Shown here: positions 46,485 to 57,850 of the stretch, one piece after another | Layout: every line of letters starts with the position of its first letter | Numbering within the stretch: position 1 is the first letter of the stretch | From: an uncultured Prevotella sp. | Lineage (GTDB): Bacteria; Actinomycetota; Coriobacteriia; Coriobacteriales; Eggerthellaceae | Length of the DNA: 64,000 bases | Assembly: GCA_963598325.1 (NCBI GenBank) | Contig: CAVBST010000005.1 | Coordinates: 10,121-74,120 of the forward strand | Direction: 5' to 3' | The notes under the pieces: model-generated | What the model saw: only the letters and a program-made list of their open reading frames with translations | Told to the model about the DNA's origin: nothing | Database searches by the model: none | Program-made: the position numbers and the translations under genes

Positions 46485-47237
46485 TTACTGTTTCTCGTTG
46501 TCATACGATCCGTAAATGGTACCCAACTCGGAGGCTTCCTGTGCAGAAAGCCATCCGTCGGGGATATCTGCATACGAATCATCGTGGCAGGACGTGCAGA
46601 CAAGAACCGATGCTCTATGGGACTTATGGCAATCAGTGCAGGTGTACTGGAAATGATGCCAAGAATGGGGGTTTCGGGTTAGGTTCGAGGTTGCCTGAGT
46701 CAGATCCGACTTACTCATGTTGTGGCAGCTCTCGTTCAGGCAGAATTCGGTGTTGTCGTCGTAGTTCTCGTACGCAGTTAGGTTGTCCAGATTTCTCTCG
46801 CTCAATGGAGCCGTGTATCTGCCGGTCATGAAGTTAACGCCCTCGGTGGCCTGCTCTTTAAGCGTAGGTTTGTGGCAGTCCAAGCACGTCACATCACCGT
46901 AGGCCCTATGAGTGGCAGCCATCATGGCGCTGGCGTCTTTAACCTCGTTGCCCCATTTGTCTACCGATGCCTTACCGGGCTCAGATTCGTAGGTAGGAAC
47001 ATAGCCATCCATCGAGGCATGGCAGATTGCGCCGCAGAAACTCGGGGATTCGTGCCAAACCATCATTCCCGCGCCAGCAGCAACGAATACCACCAAGCAG
47101 ACCGAAAGGGTGATGTGCCACCTCTTGAAACGGCCGACCTTCTTCTGGCCCCATGAATGAAGTTTCCCGGGCTTCTTCTCCTCTTGAGCCGGAGAATCGC
47201 TGGAGACGACCTCTTCAGATTGCTTTTCGTCATCCAT
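46485..47237 (-). CDS. Membrane-anchored multihaem cytochrome c (NapC/NrfH-like position and topology)
   Basis: One N-terminal TM helix. Haem motifs CGAICH (CX3CH), CLDCH, CLNESCH (CX4CH), CTDCH and [16 protein letters not shown]. Confidence 0.8.
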   Translation of the reverse strand: MDDEKQSEEVVSSDSPAQEEKKPGKLHSWGQKKVGRFKRWHITLSVCLVVFVAAGAGMMVWHESPSFCGAICHASMDGYVPTYESEPGKASVDKWGNEVKDASAMMAATHRAYGDVTCLDCHKPTLKEQATEGVNFMTGRYTAPLSERNLDNLTAYENYDDNTEFCLNESCHNMSKSDLTQATSNLTRNPHSWHHFQYTCTDCHKSHRASVLVCTSCHDDSYADIPDGWLSAQEASELGTIYGSYDNEKQ

Positions 47238-47303
47238 CGTGAATCCCTCCTTACCCTCCTTAAGAAGCTACGCGCAGTCGAACCCCTCTGGTGCGCGCTT
47301 CTA

Positions 47304-47321
47304 ATTATAGTAACGTGTTCA
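47304..47321 (-). promoter_or_regulatory. Putative -10 box TATAAT (47304-47309) immediately preceded by the palindrome-family site (47310-47321), upstream of the cytochrome/ccm operon
   Basis: The minus strand reads GTGAACACGTTAC-TATAAT, about 70 nt upstream of the ATG at 47237. Confidence 0.45.
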
Positions 47322-47374
47322 CGATTCAATGATAAGCGCAGCCGCGCATACCTAGGGCAAAACCCTACACTTAT

Positions 47375-47402
47375 AAGCCCGTTCTACGAACGGGCTTTTT
47401 TC
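47375..47402 (+). terminator. Strong plus-strand intrinsic terminator with no plus-strand gene upstream
   Basis: AAGCCCGTTC-tac-GAACGGGCTT followed by TTTTT on the plus strand. The flanking genes are both on the minus strand. Confidence 0.6.
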
Positions 47403-47898
47403 ATACGAAACGCTATGACGCTGCGCGTGGCTCTGACGGCACATCTGACCTTCAATCAGTCGGCGCGGCCCGAAGGCCAGCGCCTTCCTCTTTCAGGCCA
47501 GCTGCACTCGTCAGAGCCACGCTCGCTGATTTACTACGCCAACCTAGGACCTTTAATAGAGCTTTTCCAAATCCCAGGACCCCTCTGCGCCAACCTAGGA
47601 CTTTGGATTCGACTCCCCCATACCTAAGCATGTTGGGAGCCAAACGCATTAAATGCAAGCAGAGGAACCTCTTATTCGTACTCAGACGAACCGATGAGGT
47701 GGAATTCAGTTAAGAGAACGTGCCAGTGGCGGGTATTTAGGAATTCGCTCAAGCGAGCTTTTGGGAGCAAGGGTCGGCTGCTCAGAACGCAATGACAAGC
47801 CCGGGTTTCACTCCAGAGCAACAATTAAATCACCCGCCCTGCAACGAAGAGGGATAGAAGAACCGACCGTCTCGTGTTGGGCACATGGGTCTGGACAC

Positions 47899-47930
47899 AG
47901 AAAGAGCCCGCCGGGGCGGGCTCTTTGGGT
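47899..47930 (-). terminator. Terminator after atpC
   Basis: GC-rich hairpin AGAGCCCGCC..GGCGGGCTCT flanked by an A-rich and a T-rich run. Confidence 0.65.
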
Positions 47931-47978
47931 TCTGATACGGATCAGGAAACAGAACTTAAAGGTAATCGTGGATGATCC

Positions 47979-48407
47979 TTATACGTACTGGTCTTCCTTT
48001 TCCTTGGCAGCAAGCTGAACCTTACACCAGCGCAGCTTACGCGTCAGAAGCGAACGGGAGATGATGCTTTCCTCAGGGAGGTTGGCCAACTTCTCCTCGA
48101 TCTCGGGGATAGCCTTGTTGAGCTTATCAACGTTGATGCGCTTGATCTGGCGCGTCTTGTCGCAAGTAACGATGACGCGGTCCTTCAGCACCTGGACATA
48201 ACCACCCATGATGGCAGCGGAAAGCGTTTCGCCACCATCCTGCTGGGTGCGAGCCCAGATGACGCCGTCGCGAAGGGCGCATACGAAGGGCTCATGGTTC
48301 TCCATGATGCCCAACTCGCCTTCCGTGCCCGGCACCATGACGTTATAAAGCTCGCCAGAGAAGAGAACTTTGTCCTTTGCTACAACGTCACACCTGATCA
48401 CCGACAT
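47979..48407 (-). CDS. atpC: F1 ATP synthase epsilon subunit
   Basis: Family similarity, and last position in the atp operon. Confidence 0.9.
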   Translation of the reverse strand: MSVIRCDVVAKDKVLFSGELYNVMVPGTEGELGIMENHEPFVCALRDGVIWARTQQDGGETLSAAIMGGYVQVLKDRVIVTCDKTRQIKRINVDKLNKAIPEIEEKLANLPEESIISRSLLTRKLRWCKVQLAAKEKEDQYV

Positions 48408-48410
48408 GGC

Positions 48411-49856
<1,446 letters not shown>

Positions 49857-50777
49857 TTAGTCCTCCAAAGCTGCGGCGCCGCCGACGATCTCGTTGATCT
49901 CGGTCGTGATGGCGCCTTGACGTACACGGTTGTAGACACGGTTGAGGGTTTCAATCATGTCGTTGGCATTGTCCGTCGCGTTCTTCATTGCGTTGCGACG
50001 AGCAGCCTGCTCGGCTGCTGCCGAGTCGATGAGCATGTAGAAGTAATGACCCGCCACATACTCGGGAAGAAAGTGATCCAGAACCTCGGTCTCGTTGGGC
50101 TCGTACTCGATGGCACCGGAAATCTCCAGGTCATCGGGCGTTGCCTCAGTGATACCGCCGCCCTTGCTGAAAACCTCGCCCTTGGGAAGGAAGGCCTTCG
50201 GGTCTACGGGCAGAAGCGGCTGCTGGATCAGAACCTGCTCACCAGCGTTCTTCGCGTGGTTGTAAAGCACAACCACCTCGTCGATGTCGCCGTTGAGGTA
50301 ATGCTCGATCGAGTAATCGGCCAGGGCATTGGATTCCTCAACACGCGGGTCGGCAGACAGGTCGCGGAAAGCCAGAACGGTATCGATCTTGCGGTACTTG
50401 AAGTAGCTGATGGCCTTCTTGCCGCAAGCAGCAACGATAACTTCCTGACCCTTTTCCTTACGTTCCTTCATGATCTTCTCAGCACGACGGAGCACGCTGG
50501 AGTTGAAGCCGCCAGCAAGACCACGGTCGGATGCGACGACGACGAGAAGAACCTTCTTCACCTCGTCATGCGGCGTGGTCAGCGGAACATGGGTACCGCC
50601 CATGCGCGCGATGTTGGCAAGCATCTCCTTAACAGCCTCACCATAGGGCGTAGCTGCCTCGACACGCTGGGTGCTGTGTCGGATCTTGGCAGCTGCAACC
50701 ATTTCCATGGTGTGCGTGATCTGCTTCGTCGACTCGACGGACTTGATTCGCCTTTCGATATCGTGAAGGTTCGGCAT
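49857..50777 (-). CDS. atpG: F1 ATP synthase gamma subunit
   Basis: IKSVESTKQITHTMEMVAAAK N-terminus and ITTEINEIVGGA C-terminus. Confidence 0.95.
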   Translation of the reverse strand: MPNLHDIERRIKSVESTKQITHTMEMVAAAKIRHSTQRVEAATPYGEAVKEMLANIARMGGTHVPLTTPHDEVKKVLLVVVASDRGLAGGFNSSVLRRAEKIMKERKEKGQEVIVAACGKKAISYFKYRKIDTVLAFRDLSADPRVEESNALADYSIEHYLNGDIDEVVVLYNHAKNAGEQVLIQQPLLPVDPKAFLPKGEVFSKGGGITEATPDDLEISGAIEYEPNETEVLDHFLPEYVAGHYFYMLIDSAAAEQAARRNAMKNATDNANDMIETLNRVYNRVRQGAITTEINEIVGGAAALED

Positions 50778-50788
50778 ACTTACCTACC

Positions 50789-52354
50789 TTACGCGATGAA
50801 CTGGAGCTTGAACTGCTCGATGAGCGTGCTCAGCTCGGATTCGACATCGTCGGTGAACTTCTTTGCGTCTGCGAGCTTGTCCATTACGCCGTTGCCGGAG
50901 TGATGCAGGTAGTCGAGCATCTCGCTGCGGAAGCGAACAACGCTCTTAGCCGGAACATCATCCAGGTAGCCATGGGCACCAGCCCAGATGGCGGTTGCCA
51001 TGTCCTCGACGGACATAGGAGCGTAACGACCCTGCTTCAGGATCTCGGTCATGACAGCGCCACGGGTGAGCTGCTGCTGGGTTGCCTTGTCCAGGTCGGA
51101 ACCGAACTGGGTGAAGGCTGCGAGCTCGCGGTAGGCTGCCAGGTCGAGGCGGAGCGTACCGGCTACGGACTTCATGGACTTCACCTGAGCGGAGCCGCCA
51201 ACGCGGGATACGGAGATACCAACGTTGACTGCAGGGCGCTGACCCTGATAGAAGAGGTCGGTGGTGAGGTAGATCTGACCGTCGGTAATGGAGATAACGT
51301 TGGTAGGAATGAACGCACCAACGTCGCCAGCCTGGGTCTCGATGATCGGCAGAGCCGTCATGGAACCTGCACCGTTCTCGTCGGAGAGCTTACATGCGCG
51401 CTCCAGCAAGCGGGAATGCAGGTAGAAGATGTCGCCCGGGTAAGCCTCGCGTCCGGGAGGACGATGCAGGGTCAGGGACATCTGACGGTAGGCAACAGCC
51501 TGCTTGGACAGGTCGTCGTATACCGCAAGGACGTGACCGCCAGGGTTCTCGGCGTTGGCGGGCTTGCCGTCTTCGCCGTTGAACATGAAGTACTCGCCCA
51601 TTGCAGCGCCGACCATAGGAGCCATGTACTGCAGCGGAGCAGGATCGGAAGCCGTAGCGGCAACAACAATGGTGTAGTCCATCGCGCCGAAACGCTCGAG
51701 GGTTTCAACGATGCCGGAAACGGTAGAAGCCTTCTGGCCGATTGCGACGTAGACGCAGACCATGCCCTTGCCCTTTTGGTTGATAATGGCATCAACGGCA
51801 ATAGAGGTCTTACCGGTCTGACGGTCGCCGATGATCAGCTCACGCTGACCACGGCCGATCGGGATCATCGAGTCGATAGCGAGGATACCGGTCTGCATAG
51901 GCTCCTCGACGGGCTGACGCTCGTGAACGCCAGGTGCCTTGAACTCAACGGGGCGGAACGCGTCCGTCTCGATGGGGCCCTTGCCGTCGATAGGCTGGCC
52001 GAGCACGTTAACAACGCGGCCGAGCATTGCCTTGCCAACAGGTACTTCCAGAATCTTGCCAGTGGTACGTACCTGGTCGTTCTCCTTGATTGCAGTGATG
52101 TCACCAAGGAGTACGGCGCCGACTTCCTCTTCCTCGAGGTTCTGCACCAAACCGGAAACGATACGTCCGTCGGAAGCGATGAACTCAAGGAGCTCACCGG
52201 ACATCGCACCCTTAAGGCCGTCGATACGGGCAATACCGTCGCCGATCTGCACAACCGTGCCGGTCTCGCGAGACTCTACGGACGTGTTGATGGCGTCGAG
52301 CTGCTTGCGCAGTGCCGCGTCGATAGACTGTGCGGTGATTTCAGTCACTAGCAT
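50789..52354 (-). CDS. atpA: F1 ATP synthase alpha subunit
   Basis: GDRQTGKT Walker A, and conserved alpha-subunit sequence. Confidence 0.97.
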   Translation of the reverse strand: MLVTEITAQSIDAALRKQLDAINTSVESRETGTVVQIGDGIARIDGLKGAMSGELLEFIASDGRIVSGLVQNLEEEEVGAVLLGDITAIKENDQVRTTGKILEVPVGKAMLGRVVNVLGQPIDGKGPIETDAFRPVEFKAPGVHERQPVEEPMQTGILAIDSMIPIGRGQRELIIGDRQTGKTSIAVDAIINQKGKGMVCVYVAIGQKASTVSGIVETLERFGAMDYTIVVAATASDPAPLQYMAPMVGAAMGEYFMFNGEDGKPANAENPGGHVLAVYDDLSKQAVAYRQMSLTLHRPPGREAYPGDIFYLHSRLLERACKLSDENGAGSMTALPIIETQAGDVGAFIPTNVISITDGQIYLTTDLFYQGQRPAVNVGISVSRVGGSAQVKSMKSVAGTLRLDLAAYRELAAFTQFGSDLDKATQQQLTRGAVMTEILKQGRYAPMSVEDMATAIWAGAHGYLDDVPAKSVVRFRSEMLDYLHHSGNGVMDKLADAKKFTDDVESELSTLIEQFKLQFIA

Positions 52355-52920
52355 TCACCTCCATCTTTCTTCTTAAGAGCGATACGAGCCTTGTCGAATT
52401 GGGAGCGAACGCTCGCATCGACGTATCGGCTGCCACAGCTCATGATAATGCCGCCCTGGATGGAAGGGTCGATGTGCTCTACGAGCACGCAGTCGCGACC
52501 CAGGTCGGAAACGGCTTTTTCGGTAATTACGGTTCGCAGGTTGTCATCAAGTTCAACAACCGTCGTCACATCAACAACGTTGAAGTTAAGCTTTTCCACG
52601 ATCTGCTCTTCATAGCGAGCGACCACGCGACGGAACAGGTTCGCGTCGCAACGGGAAGCCATAACCTCAAGAAGCTCAACGACCACCGGGTGATAGCCAT
52701 CGAATACGTTGCCGGCAAGCGCGCTGCGCTGCTCGGCCGTGTAAGCCTCGTTGTCCAACGAGAGACGTAGATCGATATTGGTTGCCATGTACCCGAGGAT
52801 CTGCTGCATCTGGTTGCGAACCTCGACGACAGCGTCACGACCGCCGGTGGCGTTTGCGCCATCGATGGCGGCGTTGGCGTAGGCTGCAATCGTTTCATTG
52901 ATGACAAGACGATTAGCCAT
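52348..52920 (-). CDS. atpH: F1 ATP synthase delta subunit (OSCP)
   Basis: Operon position and an OSCP-like C-terminus ([18 protein letters not shown]). Confidence 0.88.
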   Translation of the reverse strand: MANRLVINETIAAYANAAIDGANATGGRDAVVEVRNQMQQILGYMATNIDLRLSLDNEAYTAEQRSALAGNVFDGYHPVVVELLEVMASRCDANLFRRVVARYEEQIVEKLNFNVVDVTTVVELDDNLRTVITEKAVSDLGRDCVLVEHIDPSIQGGIIMSCGSRYVDASVRSQFDKARIALKKKDGGEC

Positions 52921-53509
52921 TTAGACTACCTGCCTCTTTCACGTAGCGCTCGATGAGCTTACGATGCTCGTCGTCGCTGAAATCCTCGCCAATCAGGCGA
53001 GAAGCAACTGCGATAGAAGTGTCGGCCATGGAAGCCTGAAGCTCCTTGATGGCGTTTTCCTTCTCCTGCTCGATGGCTGCGCGGGCCTTGTCGATGATCG
53101 CATCCGCCTCTGCCTGGGCCTTTGCGGTGATCTCCTTCTCAAGAGCGTCACCGGAAAGCTTGGCATTGTTGAGGATCTGCTGAGCCTGGGCCTTTGCGCC
53201 CTCGAGCTGCTCACGGTACTCAGCCAGCAGTCGTTCGCTTTCCTGTCGTGCCTCCTCGGACTTCTCCAGGGAGTTCTTAATGGTTTCCTCACGCTTGTTC
53301 AGCATGCCCTCGAACAGGGGCCAACCGAACTTGGCAAGGACGATCCACAAGATGATGAAGGCGACGAGCATGGGAATGAATTCTTCCATCTGAGGAAGAA
53401 TAGCGCTGATGCCAGCGCTCTCGTCAGCGAACGCGCATACCGGGAATGCCGCAGAAGCTGCAGCAAAGGCGATCATGCCACTTGCACAGTTACGTACGTG
53501 TGCGTTCAA
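52913..53509 (-). CDS. atpF: Fo ATP synthase b subunit (with about 35 extra N-terminal residues if the start at 53509 is used)
   Basis: EFIPMLVAFIILWIVLAKFGWP followed by a long charged helix. The start is uncertain. Confidence 0.88.
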   Translation of the reverse strand: MNAHVRNCASGMIAFAAASAAFPVCAFADESAGISAILPQMEEFIPMLVAFIILWIVLAKFGWPLFEGMLNKREETIKNSLEKSEEARQESERLLAEYREQLEGAKAQAQQILNNAKLSGDALEKEITAKAQAEADAIIDKARAAIEQEKENAIKELQASMADTSIAVASRLIGEDFSDDEHRKLIERYVKEAGSLNG

Positions 53510-53568
53510 TTCGCGTGCCTCCTTCTCTTCTTTCGGTTTCTTCGTTAGTTACTTGGTTTCGCGAAGTT

Positions 53569-53787
53569 CTAACCGATGAAGAAAAGAACCAGGCCGAGCA
53601 GTGCAAGTGCCTCAGACATTGCAGCGCCGATGAAGAAGTAGCCCATGAGCTGACCCTTCATCTCAGGCTGACGAGCAGCGGACACGCACAGGCCGTAGGT
53701 AGCAACGCCGATACCGATGCCAGGGCCGATTGCTGCGAGGCCATAGCCAACGACCTTCAACGCAGCGATTGCGAGAGTGAGTTCCAC
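53569..53787 (-). CDS. atpE: Fo ATP synthase c subunit
   Basis: 72-aa hairpin proteolipid with GPGIGIG and a conserved carboxylate (AMSEALAL). Confidence 0.93.
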   Translation of the reverse strand: MELTLAIAALKVVGYGLAAIGPGIGIGVATYGLCVSAARQPEMKGQLMGYFFIGAAMSEALALLGLVLFFIG

Positions 53788-53940
53788 GATTACCTCCTTT
53801 AGTTGGACAAGGGCCTTTCCCTCGTCCTAGTTACTAAGTTCAGCTGAAGTTTTCCGTACCAGCTGTAGTACCAAAGTGTTTCGGCGGCCGCCGGGCCGCC
53901 AGCGCAAGAAGCGCGGATCCGATTTCTTCCTACCCCTGCA

Positions 53941-54729
53941 TCAGTGAGGATGGATGGCCATGCCGATGTAAGAGGAAGAAAGAATGGTGAACACGTATGC
54001 CTGCAAGAACGCAACCAGCGTTTCGAGGGCGTACATGAAGAACAGCAGGAAGAACCATGCGATGGCAGGCAGGCCTGCAACGATGTCCATCTGGAAGATG
54101 GCGGTCTGCAGGAAGATGGTGGTTGCCAGGGAGAACACGGCAAGAACCATATGGCCGGCCAGCATGTTGCCGTAAAGTCGAACGGCGAGCGTAAGAACGC
54201 GGATGACCATGGAGAAGAACTCCAGGAACCAGATTACCGGGGCAATGGGGCCGGGCACGCCAGAGGGGCACAGCGCCTTGAAGTAATGGAAGAAGCCGAG
54301 CTCCTTCAAACCCCAGAAGTTGAAGTAAACGAACGAGATAACGGCGAGCGCCCACGTGATGGAGATGGTGCCCATTGCCGCCTTAGCACCCGGGATAAGG
54401 CCGATGATGTTGGCGGTAAGGATGAAGAAGAACAGCGTTGCCAGGAAGGGAACGTGCTTCTTGAAGCCTTCGCCGATAACGTCGGCGCCGACGCTTTCGG
54501 AAATGAAGTTGTAGCCGTACTCGAAGATGTGCGGGAACTTGCTGTGAGGCACAAGCGTGAGCTTGCGGCCGGCGATAAGAACAAGAGCCGCTACCAGGAC
54601 GAGCGCAATCGCCATGTACAGGACGTACTGGGATACATGCCAACCCGCGATGGAAAAGACCGTTGCCGAGTCGAACTGCGACGAGAGATGCTGCGCCTCC
54701 TCGACGAACTGTGAAAGTGCTTCACCCAT
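53941..54729 (-). CDS. atpB: Fo ATP synthase a subunit
   Basis: Conserved R in LAVRLYGNMLAGH. Confidence 0.93.
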   Translation of the reverse strand: MGEALSQFVEEAQHLSSQFDSATVFSIAGWHVSQYVLYMAIALVLVAALVLIAGRKLTLVPHSKFPHIFEYGYNFISESVGADVIGEGFKKHVPFLATLFFFILTANIIGLIPGAKAAMGTISITWALAVISFVYFNFWGLKELGFFHYFKALCPSGVPGPIAPVIWFLEFFSMVIRVLTLAVRLYGNMLAGHMVLAVFSLATTIFLQTAIFQMDIVAGLPAIAWFFLLFFMYALETLVAFLQAYVFTILSSSYIGMAIHPH

Positions 54730-54753
54730 CTAGATTCCTTACCTTTCCGATAC

Positions 54754-55050
54754 TTACTTGTTCTTGCGCTTGGCAAGGACGTTTTTGTAAACGACATATG
54801 CGGACGTGGACACGATTAGGGCCACGATTTCAGCCACACCGAAGGGAAGGACGACTTCGCGGTTGGTTACCGCGCAGACGATAAGGGCAACAGCCACGAT
54901 GATGAGCGAGACGAACGTGCCCGCCAAACCATACAAGCCTGTGCCCATCGCCGAAAGAGATGCCGAACGCCGTGATAAACGCAGGGAGATGAACAATGGG
55001 AGGAACCCTACGATCCCAGCCACGATTCCTGCCGCCACGGGTACGAGCAT
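54754..55050 (-). CDS. Small membrane protein in the AtpI position (ATP synthase protein I-like)
   Basis: 98 aa with about 3 TM helices. ATG at 55050 after AAAGGA. First gene of the atp operon. The track ORF is over-extended. Confidence 0.6.
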   Translation of the reverse strand: MLVPVAAGIVAGIVGFLPLFISLRLSRRSASLSAMGTGLYGLAGTFVSLIIVAVALIVCAVTNREVVLPFGVAEIVALIVSTSAYVVYKNVLAKRKNK

Positions 55051-55206
55051 CTTGTCCTTTCTTCCGAATGCGGGCGCCGGCGACGCCCTTTTCGACTCCA
55101 AGTAGCATATATGCTTGCCCTTGGGGGCGAAGAGAGCTTCCGACAACGTGCATATTAATTGGGCGAGTGGCAATTGCTCACAAACCCAGATGAACACAAT
55201 ACCGTA

Positions 55207-55305
55207 GTAACGCGTTCGGGTGAACCTATAATCGGTTTACATACGGTCAATATGTATTATTTGTCCTATATTAAATGATTGTTTCGAACTTCTTAAACAC
55301 GTTCG
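55207..55305. promoter_or_regulatory. Two palindrome-family sites upstream of the atp operon
   Basis: GTAACGCGTTCG (55207-55218) and TAAACACGTTCG (55294-55305), within the 294-bp region upstream of the atpI-like gene. Confidence 0.35.
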
Positions 55306-55344
55306 TTAATTCCAACACCACAAGTGTGGAACAGCAGATGGTCA

Positions 55345-55812
55345 TTATTCGGGATTTTGACCATCAAAGATGCGGATCTTGATTCCCGACTCGTTCAGGA
55401 GCTCCATTGCCAGCTCGTCGGGGTACGGGTTGCGGTAGATGATCTCGCTGATGCCGGCGTTGATGAGCATCTTGGCGCACACCACACAGGGCTGGGTGGT
55501 GATGTAGATGCTGCTTCCCTCGATATCGATGCCGTAGCGCGCAGCCTGCAGGATGGCGTTCTGCTCCGCATGCAGGCCGCGGCATATCTCGTGGCGCTGC
55601 CCGGAGGGCACGCCGAGCTTTTCCCGCAGGCAGCCGGTTACGTTGCAGTGGCGAAGGCCGGTGGGCACGCCGTTGTAGCCCGTGGCCAGGATGCGCTTCT
55701 CCTTCACGATGATGGCGCCCACCGCGCGGCGCAGGCAGGTGGTGCGCGTAGCCACCTCATCGGCAAGCTTCATGAAGTACTCGTCCCAGCTGGGGCGTTC
55801 GTATTCGGCCAT
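55345..55812 (-). CDS. dCMP deaminase (ComEB-type zinc deaminase)
   Basis: HAEQNAI and [14 protein letters not shown] motifs. Start reset to the ATG at 55812. Confidence 0.9.
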   Translation of the reverse strand: MAEYERPSWDEYFMKLADEVATRTTCLRRAVGAIIVKEKRILATGYNGVPTGLRHCNVTGCLREKLGVPSGQRHEICRGLHAEQNAILQAARYGIDIEGSSIYITTQPCVVCAKMLINAGISEIIYRNPYPDELAMELLNESGIKIRIFDGQNPE

Positions 55813-56033
55813 CGCTTGCTTCCTTTCGTCGCGGGGCGCCTGGTTCGGGCTGCGCCTTGTTCGAAACGGGCGATGAAACAACAGCGCCCGCTGCCGAACA
55901 GTGTATTGCATTCCCGCCAACCCTGCCGAGCGCAAACCCAACCAACCCGCAAACGGAGCTCGTGGGCTGAGCACGGAAACGGCTAGAAGCCCGTTGCCGC
56001 CTTTGCGGTCGGGAAATGTAGGTTTGCCTAGAC

Positions 56034-56061
56034 GCAAGAAAGCCGCAGGGAACTGCGGCTT
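56034..56061 (-). terminator. Rho-independent terminator downstream of glyA and the family B repeat
   Basis: Minus-strand AAGCCGCAG-ttcc-CTGCGGCTT followed by TCTTGCG. Confidence 0.6.
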
Positions 56062-56071
56062 TCGAAGAATT

Positions 56072-56226
56072 CCAAAATGCGGGGCATGCGCCAGTAAAAC
56101 AGCGAGACCCAGCCCGGTGCCCCAGATTCGTGGGATTTCGCGAGCGTAGCGTACTTCGCTACGTGAGTTCGCGAAATCGCGCGAAGATGGGGTGCCCGGC
56201 TGGGCCGCAGCGTCGTTGCGTCTCTA
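56072..56226. repeat. Structured intergenic repeat, family B, copy in the glyA 3' region
   Basis: Shares its head (CCAAAATGCGGGGCATGCGCCAGTAAAACAGCGAGACCC) and tail (GCAGCGTCGTTGCGTCTC) with 4283-4472. The interior forms a long imperfect hairpin. Confidence 0.7.
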
Positions 56227-57474
56227 AAGTTCAGGATAAAGAGGATGTTTCGCAATAAGTCCCTTTACCTCTTCGGCGATTGCGGCCAGGCGCTCCTCGT
56301 TTTCGGCGTTGAACACGGCAGCGGCGATGAGCTGACCGATGCGCTTGAACTCTTCCGCATCGAAGCCGCGGGTGGTGCCGGCGGCGGTGCCCACGCGGAT
56401 GCCGCTGGTTACAAAGGGCGAGCGGGTTTCGTTGGGGATGGTGTTCTTGTTCACGGTAAGGCCCACGCGCTCGAGCAGCTTCTCGGCTTCCTTACCGGTG
56501 ATATCGGCAGGGGTAAGGTCAACCAGCACCAGGTGGTTGTCGGTGCCGCCGGAAACCAGGCGCAGGCCGCCTTCCACCATGCCCTCGCCCATGGCAGCGC
56601 AGTTGGTGATGACGTTCTGGATGTAGGTCTTGAACTCGGGCTTCAGCGCCTCACCGAAGGCAACGGCCTTGGCAGCGATGATGTGCATGAGCGGGCCGCC
56701 CTGGGTGCCGGGGAACACGGCGCTGTTGATCTTCTTGGCAATAGCCTCGTCGTTGGTGAGGATGAAACCGCCGCGCGGGCCGCGAAGGGTCTTGTGGCTG
56801 GTGGAGGTTACCACGTGCGCATAAGGCACCGGGCTGGGATGCAGGCCCGCTGCGACCAAGCCCGCGATATGGGCCATGTCGATCATCAGGTATGCGCCCA
56901 CCTTGTCGGCGATCTCGCGCATGCGCTTGAAATCGATGACGCGGGGATAGGCGGAGGCACCGCCCACGATGAGCTTCGGCTTCACCTCGAGGGCCACGCG
57001 CTCCATCTCGTCGTAGTCGATGAGCTCGGTTTCGGGGTTAACGCCGTAAGGCACGATGTTGTAGTTCTTGCCCGAGAAGTTAACCGGGGAACCATGGGTA
57101 AGATGGCCGCCGTGGTCGAGAGAAAGGCCAAGAACGGTATCGCCCAGGTTGATGAGCGCCTGGTAGGCTGCCAGGTTCGCATTGGCGCCGGAATGGGGCT
57201 GCACGTTGGCGAACTTGCAGCCGAACAGCTTGCAGGCGCGCTCGATGGCCAAATCTTCCACGATGTCGACCTTCTCGCAGCCGCCGTAGTAGCGCTTGCC
57301 GGAGTAGCCTTCGGCGTACTTGTTGGTGAGCACCGTGCCCATTGCCTGCATAACCGCAGGTGAAGCAATATTCTCTGATGCGATGAGCTCGATGGTTGAG
57401 CGCTGACGGGAAAGTTCCTGCCCGATTGCGTCTGCTACTTGGGGATCTTCTGCTGCAATATAGTCGAGAGACAT
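56224..57474 (-). CDS. glyA: Serine hydroxymethyltransferase
   Basis: [17 protein letters not shown]...ELIASENI...[14 protein letters not shown]. Start reset to the ATG at 57474 after AAGGAG. Confidence 0.96.
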   Translation of the reverse strand: MSLDYIAAEDPQVADAIGQELSRQRSTIELIASENIASPAVMQAMGTVLTNKYAEGYSGKRYYGGCEKVDIVEDLAIERACKLFGCKFANVQPHSGANANLAAYQALINLGDTVLGLSLDHGGHLTHGSPVNFSGKNYNIVPYGVNPETELIDYDEMERVALEVKPKLIVGGASAYPRVIDFKRMREIADKVGAYLMIDMAHIAGLVAAGLHPSPVPYAHVVTSTSHKTLRGPRGGFILTNDEAIAKKINSAVFPGTQGGPLMHIIAAKAVAFGEALKPEFKTYIQNVITNCAAMGEGMVEGGLRLVSGGTDNHLVLVDLTPADITGKEAEKLLERVGLTVNKNTIPNETRSPFVTSGIRVGTAAGTTRGFDAEEFKRIGQLIAAAVFNAENEERLAAIAEEVKGLIAKHPLYPEL

Positions 57475-57611
57475 ATGCCGCGCTCCTTTCATATACGATC
57501 CATCGCGTTTTACGATGCCCAACAGGGTAGCACACCCCCACCCCACACGCCGCGCTGAGCTTCCCGGCGGCGCCATGCGCCAGCAAAGGGCATTCGAGAG
57601 TCTCACCTGCC

Positions 57612-57645
57612 GAAACAAAGAACGGGCGCCGCATTTGCGGCGCCC
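57612..57645 (-). terminator. Rho-independent terminator after rpiB
   Basis: Minus-strand GGGCGCCGC-aaat-GCGGCGCCC followed by GTTCTTTGTTTC. Confidence 0.75.
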
Positions 57646-57850
57646 GGCTGGAATACAGGCATCTATCGAATTAACGCAGGCGAAACCGAGCAGGGCATCT
57701 ATCCCACACAGGCTCGAAGGCAAGAAGGCCCAAGGCATGCGGCCCAGGGCAACCGACAAACCGGCCCCAAGGACGCAACCGAAAGGCAGGCCACCGAAGC
57801 TCCCACAGGCGCCCTAACGTAAGGCCCCAGCGCAAAGCGGGCCGTATGCC

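Noticed and set aside
47238-47400. A Moco (molybdenum cofactor) riboswitch upstream of the cytochrome/ccm/nap module.
   Set aside because: The leader downstream of the TATAAT is only about 65 nt with one simple hairpin. I could not see the conserved Moco motif elements. An Infernal scan would be needed for certainty.
47595-47625. The segment GGACTTTGGATTCGACTCCCCCATACC, which resembles a tRNA/tmRNA T-arm and 3' end and could be a possible att site.
   Set aside because: The would-be T-stem (TTTGG / CCCCC) cannot pair. There is no acceptor stem or CCA context, and no integrase nearby. It is kept only as part of the odd spacer finding.
57475-57611. A ZTP/pfl or other folate-related riboswitch upstream of glyA.
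   Set aside because: No recognisable conserved ZTP pseudoknot sequences. The region is mostly the rpiB terminator followed by a short leader.
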